Shown one piece after another: positions 11,901 through 24,850 of a DNA stretch of 64,000 bases. The notes beneath the pieces were generated by a model. The model was not told the DNA's origin. It made no database searches and worked only from the letters and a program-made list of their open reading frames with translations. Location of the stretch: contig NIVC01000080.1 in NCBI GenBank assembly GCA_002269645.1, positions 1-64,000 on the forward strand, in the 5' to 3' direction. The position numbers and the translations under genes were made by a program. How positions within the stretch are numbered: position 1 is the first letter of the stretch; each line of letters begins with the position of its first letter. Source of the stretch: Macrostomum lignano. Taxonomy: Eukaryota.

Positions 11901-14900
11901 GCTGGAATTGTCCGAAACGATGCGACACTTCAGCGCTGCTACGTCGCACGAGCCGTCCGGTTCGGGGGGCCAATAGCGCACGAACGGGTCCTCCTTCAGC
12001 GTTGCCACGTTTAGCCGAAACTTTTTTGGCCTACCGATCGGCGGCGTGTTGGCAAAGCCGGGCCAAGTGATGCCTCCCATGTGCAGTCTGGAGGTCTCTG
12101 GCGAGTTGCGACTGCTCAGTGTCCAACGGCCCACTGGGTACCACATTGTGCCAGATCTAACAGTGGCACCGGGTCGGGAGTTAAGAACTTCGAAATGAGT
12201 GCTGTTGATGAAGCCTTGCTGGTCGAAGCCTATGAGCTCGCTTGTGTCAGGATCGTCGCAATCGTAGCAATAAGAAGAGTTCTTCATGATTCTGCACAAG
12301 ATTCATGCAAACATTTATTAAAACAAGTCCTTTGTTTTAAGGTAAACTACTACAGCGAATTCAACTCACTTGTAAATGACGGCTCCTTCAGGCCAGAAAA
12401 GTGTCCCATTATCGGAACAACTGAAGCCCGGATGTAATCGATTCAGGATCTCGTTATCATCTAGGCGACCGCTGGCTTTGAGTCGGTCGCGAAATGCCGC
12501 GAGAGCTTGGTACCAGAAGTGCGCCGCAATTCGGGCCGCTCTGAGTAGGTTGCTCCTGTAGAGCAGACCTGTGTTAAATAGGCATAGTAGTTGGGGCCGC
12601 GATAAACGCGTCTGACTCTCGCGCGCACAACCCCTTGCTTGATTCCCGATATCGCGCAATTTTGAGCTTGAGCACAAAAATTTGCTAGGGGCTGTCGTGT
12701 GACTTAACTATGTGAGCCAACCCCCAAGGCACAAAAGAGTGACTTTGACAAAGAGAATTTGACAATTAGAAAGTCGAGGGACCTGCTCATGCTTTAGAAG
12801 ACCTAACTATCATCGTATTTTTGTTTGTTTTTTTGCCGGCTGTACACTCTGTGTAAGTGTGTGAATGATCCACACTGTGCTCAGGAGTCAGTGAATGGCC
12901 AGAATTGCCTCGACGCTGTTAGTATTGCCGAAAGCTTTGTGCAAAATGCCTTCAATCTTACTAATACATATACAAGTAATAATATTTACTTGTATATGTA
13001 TTTTTATCTTTTTTCTAGACGCTTATAGACGAAAACAATGACAACAACCACTATAATACAGTTGGAATTCAGCTCTGCTAGCCCTTGGATAGAAGTAGGC
13101 ATGATCTATGTTGTTTTTTTGCTTCTGGTCATTACTGTTTCCGCATGAAATTCTCACCGAACATTCCAGGCAGCTCTGTACTGCCCAGCTGCGCACTGAA
13201 ACCATTTTTCAGATCGTGCGGATAGGTACTGTAAGCCATAGGCGACAGAATCCATAGATAGTCCTTGTCAAACAGGTAATTCAGATGAGCTTGAGACAAT
13301 GCCGAATCGATTAGAACTCGCATGTCCATACTGAAAAATAGCGAGGCAATGAAACCAGTCATCATAAGTAAATGATTAAAAATATATATCGACTGACTTA
13401 GGGTTCTGATTCCTGTCATTATCACACCTGGACAAGACAAATATACAAAGTGAAAAAAAGAGAATTATACTAACAGCTTAACTACAGATGGCTACAATGC
13501 TGGTACCAAAAGAGCAGCCCCTTCATAGATTAGCGCCAGTAATACGATTATTTAAAATAAAATCCATTGGAATATCAAAAGTGGCTCACGACATGCCGTG
13601 AAAAAGGAATATTCGCTCCTCCTTGTGCGCAAGTCGTTCGAGGATCCGCCTATAGAGCAGCAGGCAGCTAGGCAGGCGGCCGCAGCGAATCATATCTGCG
13701 GTGGTCTTCAGACCAGGGAAGCTGATCACCTGGGTGATCTCAAATCGCAGCGTGTTCGGCCTGTTTATTCGACGACTGTCATCCGCCAGCTTCTTGAGCT
13801 CTTCAGCTACCTGACGGTATCCCGGAGTGTTTGAGGACACCAGTAGGGTGGCCATGGTCCATTCGTAAGTGCGTAGAAAATCTGCCATGGCCAGAGCGAT
13901 GTGGTTTGCTCCGGGTTCAAGATGCAGTGCCAGTGGCTTCTCGTCTGTCTGTGAAGTGGAAGTTTTGTAATACACCTTTGCATTTTATGGAGAATTTAGA
14001 GTAGAACAGGCTGAAAACATTGATAAGTATTTTCTGTAGACTTATAGTATTCTACGGTGCTACTGGCACTGCCTTCGTTGAAATAATCTTTCTCAAAGCT
14101 GATGAATTCAAGATGAGAGTAAAAAACCAAAAGAACTAATCTCCTATTGCCGTCAACTTGTCTGGTTGTCCATCCCTACTTCTATCAGGTCCTGTTGCAC
14201 GAGCTCCAGCGCTGAGACCTGAAATCTGACGGACTCGCTCAAGCAGCAACGCGGCACTCTACCGCCCCACTGGCCTGGCCTTTTGCATCAACCTCTTGCG
14301 CTATCGACGACTTCAGCTGGCAGGTTACATCATTCGCGCATCATTCGTTCTGCCCCGGGTACTGCTGCTGGTGCTGGCAAAAACAGACTCGCACTCGACT
14401 TTTCGTCAACTGCCTTCTGGCAACAGGTTGGCCTACACATGAGCCCAGGTTCTGAGGCGCGCTGTGTTACGCTGTGACCTTACAGCGTGTTTTCTTTCAT
14501 TATTAGCTCACCATAAAGCCTCCTTGTCAAATAACTTTACTATACTCGTATGCTCTATTAATTCCTTAATCAGTGGGGGGCAGCAGAATAGGATCCAATA
14601 TACTCACGCCCAGGTAAGCCACAGCATTGGCCAGATAGGTGAAGCTTGGCATTCCCATTGATGTCGCAATATGCAGAAGGTACTCAGCAGACCGCACTAG
14701 GCCTCTCTGGTTGAAATTGTTGTGGTCCATGGTGGCAATTAAAAGTGCATTTCCTTGGCTCGGCGGATCTAAGTCGAGCAAATTGCAGACGGTCCTCAGC
14801 AGCAGTCGTGGATTCTGCACACTTTTTCGCAGCTGCTTCATGCTCTCTAGTGCCGCGATGAATGGTGCGCTCGAATTCCGTGGAACTGCGCTCTGAGTTC

Positions 14901-15057
14901 TCTGCAGTTTTGTTTGAGCATTATTAATAGCCTCCTGACTGGAAACTCTGGCCTCTTCGTTGTCAAGGGACAGCGGCAGCATGACGAGTCTCAGATCGGC
15001 TGATTTAGCTGGCACCAGCAGAACCAGCAGCGTCAGCAGCCTCGGCAGCGGTGGCAT
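2954..15057 (-). CDS. Nmdar2: NMDA-type ionotropic glutamate receptor, NR2/GluN2-like subunit (multi-exon)
   Basis: Phase-compatible GT-AG exons: 15057-14608 (signal peptide MPPLPRLLTLLVLLVPA), tentative 14218-14180, 13975-13590, 13330-13158, 12568-12370, 12291-11712, 11639-11453, 11356-11231, 10991-10610, 7348-7167, 6195-5960, 4889-4630, 3362-2954. Motifs: S1 CCSGLSIDLL..WNGLV..RSEQIEFSVPY, M2 LWLIWSMLFGAAV, M3 SYTANLAAF, S2 FRFATVP..DAFIYDATVLQY, M4 FISAFILLIGGM, C-terminal ESVL*. Confidence 0.93.
3642..3733. mobile_element. 92-bp hAT-type MITE in the last NR2 intron
   Basis: 29-bp TIRs (3642-3670 CAGGGACAACTAAAACTACCGGGACGCGA and 3705-3733, one mismatch). Perfect 8-bp TSD CATATTTA at 3634-3641 and 3734-3741. 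Confidence 0.88.
6284..6524 (+). mobile_element. tRNA-derived SINE with a CORE-like central domain
   Basis: A-box TAGCCCAGTGG (6291), tRNA-like segment, B-box-like GATTCGATTCC, then TTGAGCAAGCCACTTAACTCTGCACTGCTTCAGTTCAACCTACTGTAAAATGGG resembling the MIR/CORE consensus, and an (ATT)-rich tail. Confidence 0.72.
6681..6839 (+). repeat. ~155-bp dispersed repeat, copy 1
   Basis: Colinear with 7897-8050, from TCAATATCTGGAATTTGTTGAGCCC to GTCCTCAATCTTCTAAAAC. Confidence 0.85.
7897..8050 (+). repeat. ~155-bp dispersed repeat, copy 2
   Basis: Diverged direct copy of 6681-6839. The pair flanks the NR2 exon 7167-7348. Confidence 0.85.
8250..10599 (+). mobile_element. piggyBac-family DNA transposon in an NR2 intron; right end intact, left terminus not found
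   Basis: Right end GTCTTGGGG|TTAA (TTAA at 10600-10603). Inverted subterminal motifs at 8250-8283, 10464-10498 and 10563-10599. Transposase ORF lies inside. Confidence 0.85.
8454..10165 (+). pseudogene. piggyBac (PGBD4-like) DDD transposase with a single frameshift near 9500
   Basis: Acidic N-terminus. Catalytic motifs SVDEELVLFRGR, YHVVCDSWFGS and YNSFMGGVDKLD. C-terminal Cys-rich domain RCRQC..CCDYC..LCAVPCFGDWH. Frame 1 (8454-9512) switches to the 9371-10165 frame at GGTGTCCCGTTGAA. Confidence 0.9.
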
Positions 15058-18000
15058 TGAAATTTCTATGAATTGGAAAACATTATTGTAGGCAAAATAC
15101 TGTCATAATAGGAAATTTATGTTGAATTGAAAATATTAGACAAAGCAAGGTCTTGGGTTTAGTGAGGGAGCTTCCTTCAAAGCTATCTGAAAAAAAGAGC
15201 GGAGAGACGAAGGCCGAGCCACTGACAAAGTTGGAACACTTTTGATGGGAAGGATTCTTGTCTAGCGGCTTGAATGCGCGATGACTTGCCTGTATGCTAC
15301 AGCTAGACAGCCAAATTTGTTCAAGCGCTGCTTCATGATTGATGCGGTACAGCACAGCCACTTTCAGGGGCAGTGAGGGATGGCTTACCGCCTCCGTGTG
15401 ATGGGTCTGTCATGAACGCCTCCATCTCAAGAGTTCTGGATAGGAAGCTACAGTTTTGACTAGGCTTTTTGGCAACCGCCTATTCTGAAGGACTATGTAG
15501 GGATTTCCGCCGTTACTTTAATAAACACACCTGAATGTTTGTTAATTTCATATAAATTACGATTAGACCTTAAGACCTTCAGCGCAGTGAGAACTTCAAA
15601 TTCATGCAAGTTTATCCCGTTTTTAGCACTCTGGATTTTTTCTGATTTTGACATTAAGCTGCAATAGGGAAGATGCATCTTCCCTACGAGCTATCTCGTA
15701 TGACTAACTGAGAGCTTCATCTTCCTGTCACGTAATCTACTAAAGGCGCCCATGGACCGCACCAACTGAGTCTATGGCGTCCGTAGAATTGTGCTGAGAC
15801 TACGCCACTAATTAATTTACCTGCCCCCATTGGTTTTATTAGGCTTCAGCGCGCTTGCCAAATGAATCGATGAATGTAGAGTGCGGGAGTGAAGAAAAAC
15901 TTGGATGACTAGGAAACTCTAGGTATATGGAGCGGCTACATTGGTGAATTAAAGGAGCCATGAAGTATTAGAAGCAGACGTAAAGTGGCAAATACTTTTT
16001 AACCCTACCAGTCCACTACACCACCCTTCTCTCGCTCTGCCAATTTGACATGTGAAAATTTGTTGTATGATAAAGGTGATGGAGAAGATTAGGCCGATAT
16101 AAAAAGGGCAAGCGATATTCAAAGAGGGATAAGCTGTTAAAGAATTGATACATTTGGGAGAATGAGGAATAATACGAGTACATGCTTATTATAGAGAAGA
16201 TAGGTACTAAATGACGTTTTCTAATAAAAAGGAAAACCAAAAAGACGAGGCAATATGGTTGTTTTAAGTATGTTTTGCCCTTTAAATTAACAGGGACAAA
16301 AGCCTCTGAGTAAAATCATAGAGAATCTAAGCGGAAAAAACCGGCAGAGGGCTTTCCAACGACCAGCGGGTTGAAAGGCACTTGTGCACTTTTACAATTG
16401 TTGATAAAGTGGTGATTCTTAAAACGTACTGAAATTTAGCGCAAACTAGCAATTAGTGCCCCCGAATCAACAAAGAATGGAATACAATTTTTTAATAAAC
16501 TACATGTAGCTTTTGACCTCAGCCTTGACATCCCAGCTATTCCCCCGCGTGAGATTTTACATCTCAGCAATCCCCATAACACTAACCCTAACCCTAACTC
16601 CTCCAAGCCTTGACATCGTAACAACTCCCAAATAAATCTTCTATGTTCGACATCACGCTTCTTTTGTCTGGTTCTACATGACTCTTCTTTTCTTTTTGAC
16701 TTGACACTTTTATGTATTACATGACACTTCTCTTATGTTTGTCTATGCAAATTGAAGCAGCTTTAGAAAAAAGAATATTTGCGGAATCGATCTGATACAA
16801 GCATAAACCACTTGTTGGGATGTTGATAGGAATTTTTAAGCCCTTTAAAATGCTCATGAAAGGAATAAACTCATTGGAACTGAAAACAACGCAGATAGTA
16901 CGCTTGTAGAAAGGAAGCGACAAGCTAGCAAAGTAAACTAACTTGTTTAAATATATTAAACTGAAGTAAATTGGACAGCGGAAAGGCATACAGTTTTCAG
17001 AGTGAAGGAGTGCATGCACACTATGTGGCAGTGATTCCAGATCAAGGACCACTAGAATTGCACTAGAAGTTGCAGTTGTGATCCTTGTAGAAAATACAGT
17101 CGATAATGCATCATGGCCATTGCTGCTTATTAAAACAAATTTAGCGGCAGCGGCTCCCCCTATAGTCACTCACTTAATCAGTTGGTTGATATTTCGGCCA
17201 ATATGACTCGCTAACTGAGCTGTCCCCATTATTCTCTCGCCATGCCGCCTCTAAATCTGGCAATTTTAAGATAGCTACGGTCGGTTAGTAGCACTCAAAC
17301 TTATACTGATGAGAGTAAACTGCCATCGCTGTGACCTCGGATCGTCCTTTTACCGCATTGGAGCTGCTCTATTCAGAGCCCTCAAGGTGCCCATTGCCCA
17401 TGTTCAAGACTATAGAGAGCAATTAAACTCAGCTCAGCTAAGTTTGCTCCTACTCGTAACAAGCACTGGTAGTTAATTGTAAACTTGTACATTATGCTCA
17501 TAGAACAGTTTATTACATTTAGAAGTTACTTCAAAATTTGTTGGAGTGGATAGGAAAATTGTCAATTTCCTATACTTTTGAATGTAGAAATCACAGTGAA
17601 TTTTAAACTATCTGATGTATGCAGCACTGTAGGATATGACCAACTGTCATGAAACCCATGAGAACCCTATGGTAATCTGCTTCTTTAAATCTGGTATTAT
17701 TTTATCTAATTCCAAGTGGCTGCCAGAACATAGTTGATACTTAATCCCTAGATTAATGATGAAGCAATGTGATATTTCTCACCATATTCATTTAATCCTA
17801 AAGTATGCTTATTTTAGACACATGCGATCGATAATTTCCCATAAGGCAGTCATCCGCATGATTTCAGGTCCAGACAGCCATGAGAACGGATGGGAAGTTT
17901 GCGGTCTGATTTTTCTGACAGGCAAGCCGGCGAGAATCGAGAAAGAAAAAGAGTCTTTGCTTGGGGTAGCACAGCCAAGTGACTTGGCTTAGTTCAGTTC

Positions 18001-19503
18001 CCATGGAGTCCCTCCCAGCAGCTCCCATCCTTCACACTTGTTGCGCCCGTTTCTCAATCCCAGCTCAAGAAGGATTCGGAAAACCCATGAGTTCCACCCA
18101 AGCCGAAGTTAATCAATGTTGAAGCCTGGTGGCGTGGCATGCGGAATCTCAAAGGCACAGCTGCTTCCTTATCTGTTCTCAGCTTGCTGGAACCTCGGAT
18201 TGGCTAGTCCCTCACAGCATGCGGGCAGATGACCTTGTGCTTATTATTTTAAAATAAGTATTATTTTGGAAGCACAAGCATTTAAACGGACAAGGCTCTG
18301 AGTTTCTGAAAGACAAAACCCAGTGTTATGGCAGTTATGGCAGTTACTGATGAGATTTTTAGTAACATCGTTTTTACATACCACGATAGTGATTAAATCT
18401 CATTGCACTGTTTGTAGAATTGCAGAGTTTTACCACATGGATTATTTAACTTCATTTAACTTGGTGTTGTTGCAACTCTACTTGCACCAAGCAAAGGGGC
18501 TTAAGCTCGACCCCCGGGGTTCGAGTCGAGGCTTTCGCACAGAAATTGGCTGGGGTGTTGTGCAATTCAAGCTAATGAGAATCAAATCACAAACATTAAC
18601 TTTTGTTGTTTTAAGTTTCAAAATTAGAATCAAAATAATTTGTCATCACAAACTCCATTGTTTTTTTGCATCCTCTTTTTATGCTTTCTTATTTTTTGTA
18701 GGTTGTCTAACAGTTGTTTGCTTGCATTGCATTCGGTGTGTCAGCTTTTCTTGCGCGATTTGGCGTCACCATCTTTGAGACATGTATTTTTCAAAGAGGG
18801 ACTCAGAGTTGTCTGTTTAAATCATTCAGTACACAAGTATCTCTCCTCAAATTTTATAATCGTACTTCCCACTTAAACTGCATTTAAGTACACCGAGGTG
18901 AATAATTAGCACACCACCCGCCAATATAGTCAAAGTCTATACAAAAAATATTGGAAATATTGGTGTCGAAATTTTATATGAATCACTGTGACTCAGGTTT
19001 TCTTGACTGTGCGAGGGCTGCTGCGTTGTCGAGGTGTCTAAGTGGGCGCTAATGGAAAATCAAAGCTGTTTTTGCCTTTGTGATTCCCGACCCGACGGTG
19101 ATTTCATGGCGCCAAGTGGGGTGTGAGTACAGAGGCTCCAATGCTAATATTTGCTCTGGCAGCAAAAGCAACAGCTAAGCAACAGCTATAAGTAAAAAAT
19201 AGTTGAAGGGGAAGAGAGGAACGGAAAATGGGATGGGATGAAATGGAATGAGGCTGACTATATACATGTATATAAACGCATTTTGGACATTTTCTCTAGA
19301 TACGCAACATCAGGAACACTGTAACTTTGAGCACAGAATTCCAGCATTCAAGGTGATCCAAAAGACTCGAAATTAGAGCGCATATAGGGCAAGTATTCGA
19401 GTTGTAGTCGAGTTAATATATACCGCGTCACAATTGCAGGTTTTATTCTAGTCTCTCGATAATCGCATGCCTGTAAATTGTTTCGCATGTTAGTTCGGAT
19501 TTC

Positions 19504-21921
19504 AACAACAACAACAACAAACTACAGCAACCCTGGGCAAGCCAATTAAGTTGGGTTGCTTTCAAAATGCGCGCGCAGCGCAGATTTGCGCAGAATAGCG
19601 AGTCCGCGGGGGTCGGAGATTTCAGCGTCTCTTGAAAGCAGGTCGACGAAACGCACACTTCTCGCCTGACCAAGCCGCCGCGGCCCTTGAAGGGATAGCA
19701 GCAGCACGTCTTGAAGCGGCTCAGGGCAGTACTGCTCTACCCGGATGACGTGGCCGGACAGCTGTAGGCGCCGGATGCGCAGCAGCTGGCTGGGTCGGGA
19801 GAGCTGGGCCCGTCGGTATAACTCGTCATTGCTGGTGTTGGTGGTGGCGGTCGGTGAGTGGACACCGAAGGCGGCTCTCAGGAGTCCAGCGTGTGCGGCG
19901 TCGAGTTGCCGCTCCTGCGGGCCGTTCAGTGTCCACGTTTCAGCGTTGTAAAGGAGAACGGTTTCAATGACGGCCTGGAACATCCGCCCTCTCAGCCGAT
20001 CCGGCAGCGCGGGGCTCTGCAGGACAGTCCGCACGGTGCGGAATGCGCCCCAGGCAAGCGCCATGTCCTCCGTGATGCTTGGCACCAGACCACCGAGGTA
20101 GACGAAATATTTGCAGCGGGGCAGCAACGCCACCTGCCCGTTCGTGCAGCGGCAGTAGATCTCAGCTGGGAGGTCCATCGGCACGGTCAGCACCATCGTC
20201 TTTTTGGTATTCATGGACAGTCCGATCGCAGCGGCCGCCGCCGTCAGCTGGTCTAGCAGGCGTTGAGCTCCTTCAGCTGTGCTAGGCAGCAGCGCTAGAT
20301 CGTCCGCGTACGCTAGGACGGAGAGTCGCTTCTCGGGGTGCCGCCTGCTTGTTCTGCGGCAGAGCAAGAATCCTTTGGAGTCGTCAGGGAGGCCAGTTGC
20401 GCAGTACCCAGTCCAGGACCAGGACGAACACAAAAGAAGCCAAGGTGTCCCCTTGGAGAACGCCGGAAGACGTGTCGAAGAAGTCGGAAAGGCCATCCGG
20501 TGTCACAACTGCCGCCCTAGTTTCCTGGTACAGAGCTAACACAGCCGTCACCAGCTGCTCTGGTACGTGATACGCGCGCGCAGGATGTTCGCGATGACCC
20601 GCCTCGACACCGAGTCAAAGACCTTCAGGAAGTCTACGAAGATGCAGATGATGTTCGACTGGTGCTGCAGCCGCAACAGCAGAACTCTGTTAAATAGCTT
20701 AGCTGTGCAGGACATTAGCGAAATCCCGTGATGTTCTTCTACCTTGACGGAACCTGGTTTCTTTGGGATCCCAACGATATGCGCAGTCCGCCACTCAGCA
20801 GGGGCGGGGCCCCCAGCTAGCACGTAGTTCATCACTGGTATGACTTCCAGCGCGACCTGCGGGAGGCGCAGCACGTCGTCTGGTCCAGTAGCCTTGTTGC
20901 CTGGTATCTTCTTTGCAAGTTTTAGCACCTCGTCGATGGTGATGGGGCTGACGTTAAAGGAGCTCTCCTCTGGCAGCTCAACCTCCGTGGGCAATGACAT
21001 ATCGTCCCTTTGCGGCGGAGGGGGCGCATTGACGATACCAGAGAAGAAGGCCCGCAGCTCGTTTCGCCTCTCTTCGGGCGTGTCACCCGCCAGGTTCAGA
21101 GCGTTGCGGCCTGTCAGCTGATTGACGATCGACCAGACGGCACGCGGTTTCTTGTCGGGACCGGCGTCCGTGATCTCTTGAATAGCGGTCTCTACCGCGG
21201 CTTTAAATGTCTCCGCTAGAGTCTCCTCTTACTTCTCCGCCGGCTGTCCGCTCCTCCGCAGTCTCTAGCCGTTGTTGTATCTAGCCGTTCTTCGAGCGCC
21301 TCGGCAAATGCCAGACAGAAGCGGCCACTTGTAACCGGGTCCCGTAGGGCGCGGAAGTAGCGTTTTGGCTGTTTTTTCGGTGGTCGATATAGCGGGTCCT
21401 TCAGGTGCAGGTCGCAGTAGAGCAGCCTATGGTCTGACCGCACTACCAACGGAGCCACCGTATCGCAGTTGGTCACTCGTCGTCGTTCTCGCTGGCGAAG
21501 CAGCGCGTGGTCGAGCTGTGCGAGTCTCTTCCTAGGAAATTTTCCTGACGCTTTCCGACGTGCCCGTTTACAGCCAGCAAATGTTGCCAATCTGTGAAGC
21601 GGCTTCCTGAACAGCGTGTTTGCTGAGACCAGGTCGTGGCCGTCCATGAAATCCATTAGGGCATTAGTATTGTTGTTTTCCCGTGGCGTTGCAAAGCGAG
21701 CGCGCTCGGACCTTCGCATAACGGCGTTGAGGTCTCCGAGTACCAGTACAGTGTCGCGTTGAGCGGTCTTCTCCAGCTGCGCTGACAGGAGCTCCAGAAA
21801 CTGCCAGTGCTCCTCAGGGCGCGCAGCCGTGGGCGCATAGGCACAGAAGAGCCGCATGTTACGCTTGCGGAGTCGGATGTCAACGCGCAGAAGCCGCGAC
21901 GAGAGGCTCTCACAGCGTGTC
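19504..21921 (-). mobile_element. RTE-clade non-LTR retrotransposon, 5'-truncated and decayed
   Basis: APE endonuclease motifs LFCAYAPT, VLGDLNA, QLDHAL and SDHRLL (21216-21857). RT motifs [18 protein letters not shown] and LAYADDLAL. Several frameshifts and a ~36-aa deletion relative to the copy at 42-44 kb. (TTG)n 3' tail at 19504-19520. Confidence 0.92.
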
Positions 21922-21964
21922 GAGTTAACAATCGAGTTAACGAGTTAACGAGTTAACGAGTTAA
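21921..21964. repeat. CGAGTTAA octamer tandem at the RTE 5' junction
   Basis: Five copies of (C)GAGTTAA(C), four of them contiguous, directly abutting the truncated RTE 5' end. Confidence 0.8.
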
Positions 21965-24648
21965 CACAGCGTTGTAGATTTCAGTAGTGCTTTATCTGAT
22001 CAATAACTGATCTACAGCCCTAATTTGCAAGGTGGATCTTGCTGAATATCCTGCATGCATAAATATTTAGGCATCGCAGGTGCATATCAAAGCCGATGTA
22101 AACTATTTAGTTCGCAGAACACAGCAAGGCAACTGCTATCGCCTGAAGTTTCTCAAAGCTCGCAAAAGTGAAGTCAACTGCGAAAATCGATTTAGCCCTC
22201 TTCCCCTTTAAACGTAGTTTTAACGAGAAAGGAGAAACGCCCTCACTCTCTCAGATCGTTAGCAGCAAATGATGAGGCTATGAGGGATAAACAAAATGAA
22301 GTTGCTGCCCAGTCTCCCGATATGGCCTATCCCTTATAGCTCACCCGATTTCACTTTTCACTCCTTGCTGCGCTAAGATCTGAGGGAGGGGAGAAAAAGA
22401 GATTTGATTATCAGAGCTGGCGGACATAATGTCCGCATCTCATTCTGGACCATATGCGCAGAATTGGCTGGAAAAAGGCTTTGATGAAAGCAACAGGGAG
22501 GGCAGAAAGAGAGAAGTGAGTTGCACTGCACGCCAAGGGAAATGGCTTACTGTGCATCCGAAAATCCAATACCCAAATTCCAGCATTCAAAATCAACAGC
22601 AAGCTCATCTGCAATCCTGTCGAAGCGTCTTGATTAAAGCTAAGGGATGAGGACTGCATCTGGAGTTGAATTTCTTGCTCAAATTTCGCGCGGAGAATTC
22701 TAAAACAATCTGAGATTGTTTGAGGAAAGCGGCCAAAGGGGATTAGTGTTCTTTTACTATCGGGTTTCTTGCAGTGCATTTTAGTCGGGTTAGTCGGGAC
22801 TTTCTAGTTCTCGTTGTAAGTCAAAATTTGATGCGCAGAAGAGCTTTTGTTAACTAATGCAATATCTCAAGAGCTTGTGCTGGACAGCATTGGACCTGTG
22901 AGGCTTGTGAACTTTTTGAATTGTTTCAAGTTCATTCGCCACAAATTTTACTCCGCTAAGTCAGGCATGCGTACAATTTCGGAAAACTCTCGGGAGATGT
23001 TACTTAATTTGCTACAGAGTACTTTAATTTAAATGTTGTCTTTTACTTATTTTATTTTATATTCTTCTATATATTTTCTTATCGCAATAGCGTTAGCTTC
23101 AAAAAGATACGAAGACCGTATACCTCTAATTCAATTTTTTCCTGAAGAATGGCTCACATGATTTTAGCTTTGCAGTCTCGCATCATGTAGAGATCGTCGT
23201 GTACTGTCGCTGCCAAGGACTGTAATTAAACATAGGCATTATTTTCTAACCCAAATTGTGGACTGAAACGTTAAATTTTAGAAGCTGGGTGCAGCTCTGA
23301 GGGACAGGAAATTTCGGATGAAATACCGATCGTGCATTGGTTGATCCGGAAGGCCAGATCTCAATCCCGGACACCCAGAATCCAGTGTTGCTCTGCCCGC
23401 TGGCTCAGCCACGCCCCAAGAAAAAATGAGCTCTCAGATTGACGACAAGAAGGCAGCAGATTGAGTGAAGCCACTTGAGTCCGACTCCGCCCAAGTTATC
23501 ATCTTCCGAAATAAGAAAATATATGGCGCACTTGTATTGAAGATCAGATTATTCGATAAATAACTATCTGCTAAAACTTACTGGAGTTGAGTTCACTACG
23601 AGCGTAATGTGCATGAAAACATTAAGCACGAATTTGAAAGATTCGTTGTTCCTATCCTTCAAAATGTTGAGTTTTTTTAAACAAAAATAAGTCGGGGAGA
23701 TCTGAAGTAACATTTAACTCTGTGGCTTCGATTGGAATTCTCAAATCAACTCACTTTTCAGTGCGTTGGGGCGAGGGATAGAGCCACTGTATTAAAGGCC
23801 TCCAATTCAAAACAAATTTGCCAGATAATTGAGCTCGAAGTTGAGCTCCGCACTCTGTAAATTTTTAACGAGATAACAGAATTTTTTATTGGCTGAGTTG
23901 AATGGCAAAAAGCCATCAGTTTGTTGATAACCTCTGCGCATTCCATGAGGCCACTGGACTTTTAATGCTACCAGTGGCAGCACGCCTAGGGCTACCCACT
24001 TTTGGTCGATTTGGGCTATAAATGGTCGGTGTTTTAACTAATGGTAGCGCCAATGACACAACGTTCTGGACAAAAAGTTAATGCTTGAGCAGAATAAAGT
24101 TTGTGTTTTCAATCGGATTAATAGATATATATTTGTCTTACCTTGCCAGAAAATTAGATGACAGATGGCAAACTACAATTATAGGCCCATGTCGACTTCC
24201 GACGAGCCAAGTTGTTAATTCCTATAAGGATGCGATAAGCTCCTAAATTTACTGTTTTTGACCCCTACCTCTCGCTCTGTTGCAAATGCGGAAGAGAATG
24301 CTCAAATCGCTTGCCATCTATTACTTAAAATGTGATTGAGAGGGCCTTCCGATTGGCTGCAGCCTGTCTGACCAATAAAACCACGTTACGGGAAATTCAA
24401 TAGTGTCACTGAACAGTGCTCTTCTCAATCGATAAATTATTTTAGCTATGCGCCCCATTCTAGTTTAATTTAGTAGATTTCGGGCTCTAAATCCTTTAAT
24501 CTTTTTTGATGCTCACTCATAATAATTGTTCTCCATGCGCTTCATAATGGGTCTTAGTTCCATCCCTGATGTGTCTTCTTACGAGTGCTAGTTCTGCTAG
24601 TCTTTTAGCTCAATGCCAAAGGAGAAGAAAGCCAGTTCACTTATAGCT

Positions 24649-24850
24649 CATCCCACTGGGAAAAACGATGTCGAAACGACGTCGTTTTGCGATGTCGTTT
24701 CGACGTCGTGGTTTGTCCCCGCCCTACTACGTCGTTTCGACATCGTATTTATATCGTTTCGACGTCATATTTATGTCGTTTCGACATTGTATGTACGTCG
24801 TTTTTACATCGTATGTATGTCGCAATGTCGTATTGATGTCGTATTCATTT
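24649..24850. repeat. Cluster of ACGTCG/CGACGT motifs after CCCACTGGG; possible one-ended DNA transposon subterminal region
   Basis: Many degenerate (T/A)CGACGTCGT-type motifs over ~190 bp. No matching opposite end found. Confidence 0.35.

Noticed and set aside
13331-13430. Upstream acceptor (TCCAG at ~13429) for the NR2 exon
   Set aside because: It needs a phase-1 GC donor. The acceptor at 13331 fits a GTGAGC phase-2 donor and gives better NR2 alignment.
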